Part shown: positions 28,469-36,072 of the stretch, piece by piece
Layout of the letters: every line of letters starts with the position of its first letter
Numbering within the stretch: the first letter of the stretch is position 1
NCBI GenBank assembly: GCA_030698695.1
Contig: JAUYMR010000012.1
Coordinates: 1 to 53,595, forward strand
Direction: 5' to 3'
DNA length: 53,595 bases
Source: a bacterium
Lineage (GTDB): Bacteria > Patescibacteriota > Minisyncoccia > UBA6257 > WO2-44-18
Program-made: the position numbers and the translations under genes
Notes under the pieces: model-generated
What the model was told of the DNA's origin: nothing
The model's database searches: none
The model's input: the letters and a program-made list of their open reading frames with translations, nothing else

Positions 28469-30207
28469 CCAATCAGGAAATAGCTGGCATACTTTATGAG
28501 ATCGGCGCATATTTGGATATGGCCGATGTGTCATTCAAGCCGCGTGCCTATGAAAAGGCCGCTGAGATCATATCTTCACTACCCGACTCATTGAGCGATG
28601 TTTATAAAAAAGAGGGAACTTCGGGGATTAAAAAAATTCCTAGTGTCGGAGCGTCCATTGCTGAGACGATAGAAGAATTGATTAAAACTGGTAAATCCAA
28701 ATACCATAAAGAGCTTAAGCAAAAAACCCCAGTGGATTTATCCAATCTTACCAGAGTAGAGGGATTGGGCCCTCGTAAAATTAAGATGCTATATCATAAA
28801 CTGGGGATAAAAAATCTTAAAGATTTAGAATTTGCCGCCAAAAAAGGCAAAATAGGCAAGTTGGCTGGATTTGGCGCCAAGAGTGAGACTAACATACTCA
28901 AGGGCCTAGAGTTTCTCAAAAAATCCGGTGGTAGATTCTTATTGAGCGAAGTATTGCCGTTAGCTAGAGAGATAGAGCGTCGCCTTAATAATATTGCTGG
29001 TGTTAAAAAAGTCCAGATTGCCGGCTCAGTCAGGCGCGGGAAGGAAACTATAGGGGATATAGATATTTTAATTATTTCTAATGATGCCGATAAAGTTATG
29101 GAATATTTTGTTAAGATGCCGGAAGTAGGGCGAGTTTTGGCTCGGGGCGATACTAAGTCATCGGTAACTTTAAAAAAGGGCCTAGATGTTGATGTGCGTG
29201 TTTTGTCTGAAAAATCCTATGGATCGGCATTGGCGTATTTTACCGGTTCCAAAGATCACAACGTCGCCATGCGTCAGTTAGCTATAAAAATGGGATACAA
29301 ACTTAGTGAATATGGCTTGTTCAAAGGCCAAAAACAAGTTGCCGGCAAAAACGAAGAAGAGATTTATAAAATTCTTGGCTTAGATTATGTGGAGCCGGAA
29401 CTAAGAGAAATGACCGGAGAGATAGAGGTCGCGCGCAAGCATCAATTGCCTGAACTTATAAAATATGGAGATCTTAGAGGCGACTTGCAGATTCAGACCA
29501 ATTGGAGTGACGGTAAAAATTCTATTGAAGAAATGGCGCTAGCTGCTATGAAAATCGGTCTGGAATACATCGTTATCACGGATCACACTAAAAGATTGGC
29601 TATGACTAATGGGTTAGACGCGAGGAGAATTGTTCAGCAGGGCAAGGAAATTGATCGGGTCAACCAGAAGCTCAAAATTCAAAACTCAAAGCTAGTTATA
29701 TTGAAAGGTAGCGAATGTGACATTCTTAAGGATGGATCTATGGATTTGCCGGACGAAGTATTAAAGGATTTGGATGTAGTGGGGGCTTCGGTACACTCAT
29801 ATTTTAATTTATCCGAAGAAGAACAAACTAATCGCATACAAAAAGCCATGCGCAATCCTCACGTTGATATATTATTTCATCCAACTGGTAGATTAATAAA
29901 CCGTCGCGAGGCCTATGCCGTAGATGTGGACGCCATTATTAGAACCGCTAAAGAAGCCAAAACCATTATGGAGATTGACGCTTTTCCCGATAGACTAGAT
30001 ATTAAAGATGAATATATCAAGCGGTGCGTTGATGGAGGGGTGAAGATGTCTATTGATTCTGACGCTCACGACATCAGCCATTTGTCCGTATTGGAATTTG
30101 GGATTATGCAAGCAAGACGTGGTTGGGCTGGGCGTGGCGACATCATTAACGCGCATCCGCTCAGAGAGATGTTGAGATATCTCAAAGGACGTGGTGGCGA
30201 CAAATAA
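28465..30207 (+). CDS. polX: DNA polymerase/3'-5' exonuclease PolX (Pol beta-like plus PHP domain)
   Basis: HhH motifs, nucleotidyltransferase GSVRRGKETIGDIDIL, and a C-terminal PHP domain (ITDHT.., SIDSDAH). Confidence 0.9.
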   Translation: MTNQEIAGILYEIGAYLDMADVSFKPRAYEKAAEIISSLPDSLSDVYKKEGTSGIKKIPSVGASIAETIEELIKTGKSKYHKELKQKTPVDLSNLTRVEGLGPRKIKMLYHKLGIKNLKDLEFAAKKGKIGKLAGFGAKSETNILKGLEFLKKSGGRFLLSEVLPLAREIERRLNNIAGVKKVQIAGSVRRGKETIGDIDILIISNDADKVMEYFVKMPEVGRVLARGDTKSSVTLKKGLDVDVRVLSEKSYGSALAYFTGSKDHNVAMRQLAIKMGYKLSEYGLFKGQKQVAGKNEEEIYKILGLDYVEPELREMTGEIEVARKHQLPELIKYGDLRGDLQIQTNWSDGKNSIEEMALAAMKIGLEYIVITDHTKRLAMTNGLDARRIVQQGKEIDRVNQKLKIQNSKLVILKGSECDILKDGSMDLPDEVLKDLDVVGASVHSYFNLSEEEQTNRIQKAMRNPHVDILFHPTGRLINRREAYAVDVDAIIRTAKEAKTIMEIDAFPDRLDIKDEYIKRCVDGGVKMSIDSDAHDISHLSVLEFGIMQARRGWAGRGDIINAHPLREMLRYLKGRGGDK

Positions 30208-30328
30208 TTTCCAATAAGTGTTATAATAAATATATCGGGTCAATGCCTCTTGTGGCCGCCCACTAATTAAATCAATGTTTAGCGATACTTAAGTTAAGAG
30301 GCTAAACTTAGTTTCTATTTTCTGATAT

Positions 30329-30823
30329 ATGAAAAAGATAATTTCAGCCGGCATCATAATTTTTAGAAGAACACCTAAGGGTATTAAGTTTTTATTGTTA
30401 TATCACGGACATAATTATTGGAACTTTCCTAAGGGCAAAATGGAAGCAGGTGAGCGTAGTTGGCAAAGCGCGCTCAGGGAAGTATTGGAAGAAACGGGCC
30501 TTAAAGACACAGAGCTAAGGTTCGTTAAGAATTTTAAAGCTTTTGAGAGGTTTACGATGGGCGGAAAGGATAAGGTTTTTAAAATAGTCATACTTTATTT
30601 AGCTGAGACTAAACAGCCGAATATAATTGTTTCGCACGAACATGAAGGTTACGGCTGGTTTACCTTTAGCGAGTCAAAAAGAATATTGTCGCGTTATCAT
30701 GAAAACATTAAAATTTTAACTACGGCCTATGACTTTCTTCGCAAGGGATCTCGCGGTAATCAGAAAAACAATGTGAAGTCGGACTCTGTCATAAAAGTCA
30801 GTCAAGTTGACAAGAAATCTTGA
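30329..30823 (+). CDS. NUDIX hydrolase
   Basis: Nudix box GKMEAGERSWQSALREVLEETGL. Confidence 0.85.
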   Translation: MKKIISAGIIIFRRTPKGIKFLLLYHGHNYWNFPKGKMEAGERSWQSALREVLEETGLKDTELRFVKNFKAFERFTMGGKDKVFKIVILYLAETKQPNIIVSHEHEGYGWFTFSESKRILSRYHENIKILTTAYDFLRKGSRGNQKNNVKSDSVIKVSQVDKKS

Positions 30824-30863
30824 ATTCTATTGCCTGGACAATTTTAACTAAGAATTTCAATCT

Positions 30864-30892
30864 AAAAACCCATCTTTAACAGATGGGTTTTT
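30864..30892. terminator. Bidirectional terminator between the NUDIX gene and rplT
   Basis: AAAAACCCATCTttaacAGATGGGTTTTT, with an A-run and a T-run flanking a 7-bp stem. Confidence 0.75.
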
Positions 30893-30901
30893 AGATATTT
30901 G

Positions 30902-31246
30902 CTATTTAACTTTTTCCAATATTTTAGCGAATACTTTTGGTTCGTTTTGGGCTAGATCTGCCAATATTTTTCGGTCCAACTTTATATTGTTTTTCTTAAG
31001 ACCTGATATGAGTTGGCTATATTTAGTGCCATTGACTCGGCTGGCTGCGTTGATTTTGACATTCCAAAGTTGACGATAGTCGCGCTTCTTTTCTTTGCGT
31101 CCCCGGAAAGCATTGGTCCAGGCGTGTAATAGGGCTTCTTTGGCGGCGCGTTCTTTAGACTTTCGCCCCCAACGAAATCCTTTGGTGTATTTTAGAACAT
31201 TCTTGCGTCTTTTATTGGCGATAGTGCCGCGTTTTACTCTAGTCAT
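30902..31246 (-). CDS. rplT: 50S ribosomal protein L20
   Basis: MTRVKRGTIANKRRKNVLK.. is typical of L20. Confidence 0.95.
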   Translation of the reverse strand: MTRVKRGTIANKRRKNVLKYTKGFRWGRKSKERAAKEALLHAWTNAFRGRKEKKRDYRQLWNVKINAASRVNGTKYSQLISGLKKNNIKLDRKILADLAQNEPKVFAKILEKVK

Positions 31247-31248
31247 AG

Positions 31249-31422
31249 TTACAGATATTTTTTAAATGTTTTTAAATCGGCTGGATGAACTTGGCGCGAC
31301 TTTCTTTTATTTCTGGTTTGTTTGCCATTTTTTTTAGCTTTAAAATGACCCACGCCCATTGGTCGGCGGATTAATTTGCCATTTTTGGTGACTTTTATTC
31401 TATGTGATACGGCTTTTTTCAT
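31249..31422 (-). CDS. rpmI: 50S ribosomal protein L35
   Basis: Not in the ORF track. Hand translation gives MKKAVSHRIKVTKNGKLIRRPMGVGHFKAKKNGKQTRNKRKSRQVHPADLKTFKKYL, in the conserved infC-rpmI-rplT position. Confidence 0.85.
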   Translation of the reverse strand: MKKAVSHRIKVTKNGKLIRRPMGVGHFKAKKNGKQTRNKRKSRQVHPADLKTFKKYL

Positions 31423-31430
31423 TTTAATAA

Positions 31431-31967
31431 CTAAATTTTGCTTATTTGGGCTATTAGTCCTCGCATACCGAATTTGGGTTCGGTGGTCATTTTGTGTTCT
31501 GGTAACATTTTAAGAAATTCTTCCATTTTTCGCTTGGCCCAGTCTCTATTGTACTTCTCTCGCCCCCGCAAAACTAGAAAGATTTCCACTCTGTGGCCAT
31601 CATCAAAAAATTCCTTAATTCTTTCAGATTTTCGCTCCATATCGTGGGAGGCCTCCCTAATGCTGATTTGAATTTGTTTTAGGTCGGTTTTCTTTTGTTG
31701 CGATTTTTGTTGCTTATCTTTCTTCTCTTGCTGATATCTAAACTTATCAAAACTGATTATTTTTGCAACTGGTGGTTTGGCTAGGGGAGATACCCCTACT
31801 AGATCCAGGCCTTTTTCTTTAGCTAAAGCTAAAGCCGCCTCTTTGGTCATGACTCCTAGATTTTCACCGCTTTCATCTAAAACACGCAACTCAGGAGCGC
31901 TTATTTGATTGTTGATTTTTATATTCTGAATAAATAAAAGTATAACAGGTTTGCGTCGGCGAATCAA
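31431..31967 (-). CDS. infC: Translation initiation factor IF-3 (start codon uncertain, probably non-AUG)
   Basis: INNQISAPELRVLDESGENLGV and a C-terminal IF3 domain. The first in-frame candidates are TTG, ATT and ATA; there is no upstream in-frame ATG. Confidence 0.85.
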   Translation of the reverse strand: MIRRRKPVILLFIQNIKINNQISAPELRVLDESGENLGVMTKEAALALAKEKGLDLVGVSPLAKPPVAKIISFDKFRYQQEKKDKQQKSQQKKTDLKQIQISIREASHDMERKSERIKEFFDDGHRVEIFLVLRGREKYNRDWAKRKMEEFLKMLPEHKMTTEPKFGMRGLIAQISKI

Positions 31968-32118
31968 GTAATGGCGCTATTAATCTAAGTGCTCGTCTTT
32001 TTCAAAAATTCTTGCCAAAATAGATTCAAGCGGAGAGGATTCATCGGGGCAAAATTAATGGGCGGCACAAAGTGTCGCCCACAATCTAGTTCCCAAAAAG
32101 TTGAAAAGTTTTGAATTG

Positions 32119-32426
32119 TGGAAACGGTGGGAGTTGAACCCACATCCAAAATAGTTTTAAAGCACCATCTACAAGCTTAGATCTGAATCAACAGAACGAA
32201 CGATCTTGAAATTTAATCGCGGATACAAGATCAACTTTCCGAGACGATTCTCAAATATGACACCGGTGATGTATCTATGAGACCTTGATACGCCGATGGC
32301 TTATGCAATATTAAGCGTAAGCGAATGCCAATTTTTGATTAGCAGTTCTTGTTTTGCCCAGAGTACGAGTTAGGCGCTCGGCCTGCGACACTTTAAAATT
32401 TTATTTTGTCAAAGCCCGTCGTTCCC
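32119..32426 (-). ncRNA. ssrA: tmRNA (SsrA)
   Basis: 5' GGGAACGACGGGCTTTGAC pairs with 3' ..GGGTTCAACTCCCACCGTTTCCA (T-arm GGTTCAACTCC, G3:U70 acceptor pair, discriminator A). Internal tag frame ..ANQKLAFAYA-TAA at 32311..32358. Confidence 0.8.
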
Positions 32427-32429
32427 GTG

Positions 32430-32873
32430 TTAATTTTTAAACGATCTACCAATTTCACGTTCAATATCTCGTTTCTGAATTACCTCTCTCTTGTCAGACT
32501 TTTTTTTGTTTCTGGCAAGCCCTAGAGCAATCTTTATGAGTCGCCCCTTATTGTACATCTTTAATGGCACCAATGTCAAGCGTTTGGCTTTGAGTTTGCT
32601 TATAAGTGAATTAATTTCTGAACGTTTGAGCAATAACTTGCGCGATCTTTTGGAGTCGTAACCGGTCGGGGTATTGTTGGGTTGATAGGGTGAGATATCG
32701 GCGTTAGTTAGCCATAACTGATTATCTTTAATAGTCGCGAAACTGCCGGCTAGATTTACTCGGCCGGACTTTATTGCTTTAACCTCAAAACCGAGAAGCT
32801 CTATGCCGGCTTCAACGGTATCTATAATAAAATAGTTAAAATAGGCTTTCTGATTTTTAGAAAAATCACTCAT
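32430..32873 (-). CDS. smpB: SsrA-binding protein SmpB
   Basis: KAYFNYFIIDTVEAGIELLGFEVKAIKSG motif. Start set at the second Met (32873). Confidence 0.9.
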   Translation of the reverse strand: MSDFSKNQKAYFNYFIIDTVEAGIELLGFEVKAIKSGRVNLAGSFATIKDNQLWLTNADISPYQPNNTPTGYDSKRSRKLLLKRSEINSLISKLKAKRLTLVPLKMYNKGRLIKIALGLARNKKKSDKREVIQKRDIEREIGRSFKN

Positions 32874-32919
32874 TCTATTATTATACAACATCTGGGGGAT
32901 GTGGTATTTTTAATTTGTT

Positions 32920-33189
32920 ATGGACGAACTCGCCACTAAAAAACAATTGACTGGAATAATGTGTTTAAAGCTTGTTTTGTGGTTTATGCTTTACGTAGTC
33001 GGACTTTTCGTTGTAGCGAAATTTTTGATAATTTTTTTACTTTTGGTTCTAATCAAAGCTATCTCACTCTCAGTTGAAACATCAGCTATTATTGCAACGA
33101 TATTTCTATATGTTTGGACGTTCGGGTTGTCTATTTTGGCGATTAAACAAAAATATCTAGAATACACTGGTCAGGCGGATAAAAAATAG
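32920..33189 (+). CDS. Small membrane protein (hypothetical)
   Basis: 89 aa with 2-3 hydrophobic helices. No family recognised. Confidence 0.45.
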   Translation: MDELATKKQLTGIMCLKLVLWFMLYVVGLFVVAKFLIIFLLLVLIKAISLSVETSAIIATIFLYVWTFGLSILAIKQKYLEYTGQADKK

Positions 33190-33251
33190 CAGTTTATCTG
33201 CTGTTGTATCTAGGGGAGTAGTATTGAAGTTGGTTATGTTTGTAAATTTGA

Positions 33252-33294
33252 AATAAAAATCCCCATCTTGCGTGTTTACGTTCGCGAGATGGGG
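33252..33294 (-). terminator. Rho-independent terminator of the P-loop gene
   Basis: On the minus strand: CCCCATCTCGCG..CGCAAGATGGGG followed by a T-run. Confidence 0.7.
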
Positions 33295-33348
33295 AATGGA
33301 TTAAGGAGATATGCGTCAGAAAAACATAGGGTTTTTTGTTCAATCTTC

Positions 33349-34026
33349 TTATAAAGGGGGCAGAGTTATTTTAGGAAAGCGTTTTTTCAAAATTGGCTTT
33401 ATCCTTTTTAGGATATGCGCCAGTTGGGCGCTTTCTCTTTTCTGCACGTCGTTAAATTCCGGTAGCACCTCAAATTTAAATGGTCGCTGGAGTTTTTTTG
33501 TTCGTCGTTTCAGCCATCGGAAAAGTCGGAGAATTTCTCCTTCTGCTTCTGATTGAAACTTGACGGCGGACTCCGTCAGGCGAGGATCAACCGCCCTCGT
33601 TCCATTAGATATTAGGAAATCTTTTCTTCCTTTTGGAATAAAGACAAAATCAAATGGTTGCACCGTTAATTGAGATAGGGCCGCATTTACATGGGGTTTG
33701 CCACCGTTTCCAAAGCGTAGACGCGCGTAAGCCGCGTTGTCCACCCACCGATCGGTGATAATGACATGATATATCCCCGGCTGTTCCAAGTGGAGCAATG
33801 ATTCGAAAAGCTTGTGCAGAATCCACATCTGCGCTTTCGGCGTTGTCTCCTGATTGATAGGAAATCCGTATGCCGGCGCGTTAGTGGCTGTTTCGTCAAT
33901 GGCGGCCACGTTGAAACCGGCTTTTCGTAAAGTCTGCGCTAGCAGTGTCATTAAGATTGTTTTACCGCTACCATGAGTTCCACAAATGGCGATGAGCGCC
34001 GTGTGGAAGCCGCTTTTTCTTTTCAT
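33349..34026 (-). CDS. P-loop NTPase/kinase-like protein
   Basis: Walker A CGTHGSGKT and a Walker B-like VIITDR. Visibly more GC-rich than its neighbours. Confidence 0.6.
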   Translation of the reverse strand: MKRKSGFHTALIAICGTHGSGKTILMTLLAQTLRKAGFNVAAIDETATNAPAYGFPINQETTPKAQMWILHKLFESLLHLEQPGIYHVIITDRWVDNAAYARLRFGNGGKPHVNAALSQLTVQPFDFVFIPKGRKDFLISNGTRAVDPRLTESAVKFQSEAEGEILRLFRWLKRRTKKLQRPFKFEVLPEFNDVQKRESAQLAHILKRIKPILKKRFPKITLPPL

Positions 34027-34125
34027 TATCTGCCTCTTTCTTTTCTGGAATTGGAATTATTGGAAGTCATTTTATTTTTCAAGATGCATTTAAAAGATAC
34101 CACTTAAGATAATGGACATCAAGAA

Positions 34126-34146
34126 TAAGGCCTTGCGATGGCCTTA
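34126..34146 (+). repeat. REP-like palindrome, copy 3 (TAAGGCCTTGCGATGGCCTTA)
   Basis: Identical to the copy-2 core, in an intergenic position between two minus-strand genes. Confidence 0.8.
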
Positions 34147-34221
34147 GATTTTCAAAATCACAATAATGGCTGTAATAAAAAACCACCCGTTTATCAACGG
34201 GTGGTTAGATTATTCTATATT

Positions 34222-34539
34222 TCAATGCCAAATACCCAGATCTTTCCAATGAGTGCTATATCGGAAAATGAAAGCGCTGATAGACAAGGCCATCAAGCCT
34301 ATCACTATTGGCGCTACATATGGATATGCTCCACATGCCATCCCACAGAGAATTCCGATGGCGGCTGCTTGCGAACAAGTCGGCCATATATTGGGTTGGC
34401 TGAAAAAACTTGGAGAAAAATAAGATAGAATGGCCATAGCTCCCATTAAAACGGCCAAAGAAATGCTTTGTCGAGCGGCAACGCCGACTAATGACACAAT
34501 CGTAGCGGCGTAGGTGCCAGTTACCCATAAACGCATCAT
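34222..34539 (-). CDS. Small membrane protein (hypothetical)
   Basis: AAAGGA SD before ATGATG at 34539 and 3-4 TM segments. Preferred over overlapping ORFs in other frames. Confidence 0.5.
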   Translation of the reverse strand: MMRLWVTGTYAATIVSLVGVAARQSISLAVLMGAMAILSYFSPSFFSQPNIWPTCSQAAAIGILCGMACGAYPYVAPIVIGLMALSISAFIFRYSTHWKDLGIWH

Positions 34540-34652
34540 TGTTGATCCTTTCTTGGATGAGATAAAATATATCAACTTGCTGCCATCAGCATAGTCGATT
34601 TATTATTTTCAGTCAATTCGGCGCTGGATGCTTAACGCTTGATACGCGACAC

Positions 34653-35219
34653 TTAGAATAACGATTGAGGCATTAGCGGTTCATCAAAATGAATATGCGC
34701 TTTCTGCATTTCACCGGTGGTGCGATGGGGGACTAAAAGATGTCCCTGTTTCTTGGTCAGTTCGTATAAATCCTTAGTTATTTTTACATCGTTGAGGCAA
34801 TAATCCCGCAGTTCATCAAATTTACCCTCCTTATATAATCTGATCGCCTCCAAACCACTGGAATGAGTTTTGCCGGTATTGAGATTAGTTTTGGCTAAAA
34901 TATCTAAGCTTATTCTTTGCCCTAACAGTATTTCTATTTCGTCCAGCAGATCAATTCTAGACAGATTAAACAAATTAATGCCGCAATGTTCGTTCAGTAC
35001 TGGAATGTCAAAACGGTTAATACTAAAGCCGATAATTAACCCCGTTTTTTTGAGAAGGTCATTTAATTCTTTAACTTGATACTCATTGAAGGAGAGGTAT
35101 TTATTTTGTTCATAAGAAAAAACGCCGACTAAGGATACTTTTAAATCCTTGATATTTTGCTGTCCACCGACATCAGCAAACGAGTTTTTGGTTTCTATGT
35201 CTATTACTAATTTGTCCAT
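34653..35219 (-). CDS. DEDDy-type 3'-5' exonuclease-like (RNase H-fold) protein
   Basis: Exo motifs DIET, INRFDIPVL and YCLNDVKITKDLY. Confidence 0.7.
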   Translation of the reverse strand: MDKLVIDIETKNSFADVGGQQNIKDLKVSLVGVFSYEQNKYLSFNEYQVKELNDLLKKTGLIIGFSINRFDIPVLNEHCGINLFNLSRIDLLDEIEILLGQRISLDILAKTNLNTGKTHSSGLEAIRLYKEGKFDELRDYCLNDVKITKDLYELTKKQGHLLVPHRTTGEMQKAHIHFDEPLMPQSLF

Positions 35220-35282
35220 GGTTTGGTTAATTTGTTTTTTGTTTCGGCTAACTAACTAATTTACCAAGTAACTAAGCAACTA

Positions 35283-35867
35283 TTAAACGTGTCTATCCGC
35301 CACCTTTGAGGCCGCGTAACTGTCGGGCTTAGTTTTCACTCCAAAATTATTAGCTCTAACCATGCCGACCAATTCTTGGATGATGGCTTTGGTGGCTCCA
35401 TTTTCGCCGACATCTATATGTATTTCAAAATCAACGCGATCAGAAAGCTTAGAAACAGGATGCTCTTCCATATCAATTCCGGCGCTCAAAACCAACTCAT
35501 CGTGGCTTATTTTTTGCAAAGATTCAATAAACTGCTTGGCTATATCTAAGGACATTAACGCTTCTTGCCAAATGCGGTTTCTGAGAGTGTGAAATTTTTT
35601 ATCGTTAGCAATTCGTCGCCAAAAATACCGCCCGCCATTGCCGACGCGATAAATGACAATAGCCGTCACGAAATCAGCCGTTTTGTCGGCGGCCGCCTGT
35701 GAATCAGTGCCAATGATTATTTTGTAGTTACAATTTTCATCGGCGTTTATAAAATCAATGGCCTCTTGCGCCACTTGATCGGCATTCAGCTTTATCCCGA
35801 CAGAGTTATTAAATAGATAATCCATATATATGTAGTTGAGGATACGCCGTTTCTTCATTTTTGTCAA
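35283..35867 (-). CDS. YkuK/DUF458-family RNase H-like protein
   Basis: IIIGTDSQ ... FVTAIVIYRVGNGGRYFWRR pattern. The start may instead be the internal Met at 35825. Confidence 0.7.
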   Translation of the reverse strand: MTKMKKRRILNYIYMDYLFNNSVGIKLNADQVAQEAIDFINADENCNYKIIIGTDSQAAADKTADFVTAIVIYRVGNGGRYFWRRIANDKKFHTLRNRIWQEALMSLDIAKQFIESLQKISHDELVLSAGIDMEEHPVSKLSDRVDFEIHIDVGENGATKAIIQELVGMVRANNFGVKTKPDSYAASKVADRHV

Positions 35868-35876
35868 AACAAGCTC

Positions 35877-35905
35877 TTGACCAGATAGAAATAATCTGCT
35901 ACAAT
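35877..35905 (+). promoter_or_regulatory. Near-consensus sigma70-type promoter with no ORF behind it
   Basis: TTGACC-17 nt-TACAAT. Confidence 0.55.
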
Positions 35906-35931
35906 ACGCATCGTACTTTGTTAATTGAATT

Positions 35932-35966
35932 TCCCCGCGTCAGCGATTGCTGATGCGGGATTTTTT
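35932..35966 (+). terminator. Intrinsic terminator about 25-55 nt downstream of the orphan promoter
   Basis: TCCCCGCGTCAGCgattGCTGATGCGGGA followed by TTTTTT. Confidence 0.7.
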
Positions 35967-35992
35967 ATTCACTCGTCAGTTGACGAGTGAAT
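35967..35992. repeat. Perfect 12-bp-arm palindrome ATTCACTCGTCA-gt-TGACGAGTGAAT
   Basis: Read directly. Lies about 45 nt upstream of the cysteine desulfurase promoter. Confidence 0.8.
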
Positions 35993-36036
35993 AATCCTGA
36001 GCGTAGTTGGGGGCCTCATATGAAAATATTACATTA

Positions 36037-36065
36037 TTGCTGATACTATGTTTTTTCGGTAAAAT
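36037..36065 (+). promoter_or_regulatory. Promoter of the cysteine desulfurase gene; predicts a leaderless mRNA
   Basis: TTGCTG-17 nt-TAAAAT, with only 7 nt between the -10 box and ATG 36073 and no SD. Confidence 0.5.
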
Positions 36066-36072
36066 ATAACCA

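Noticed and set aside
33311-34528. ORFs 33311..33556 (+), 33687..33899 (-), 34138..34428 (+) and 34256..34528 (-).
   Set aside because: They are shadow frames of the P-loop gene and the 34222..34539 membrane-protein gene in a GC-richer stretch, with no independent signals.
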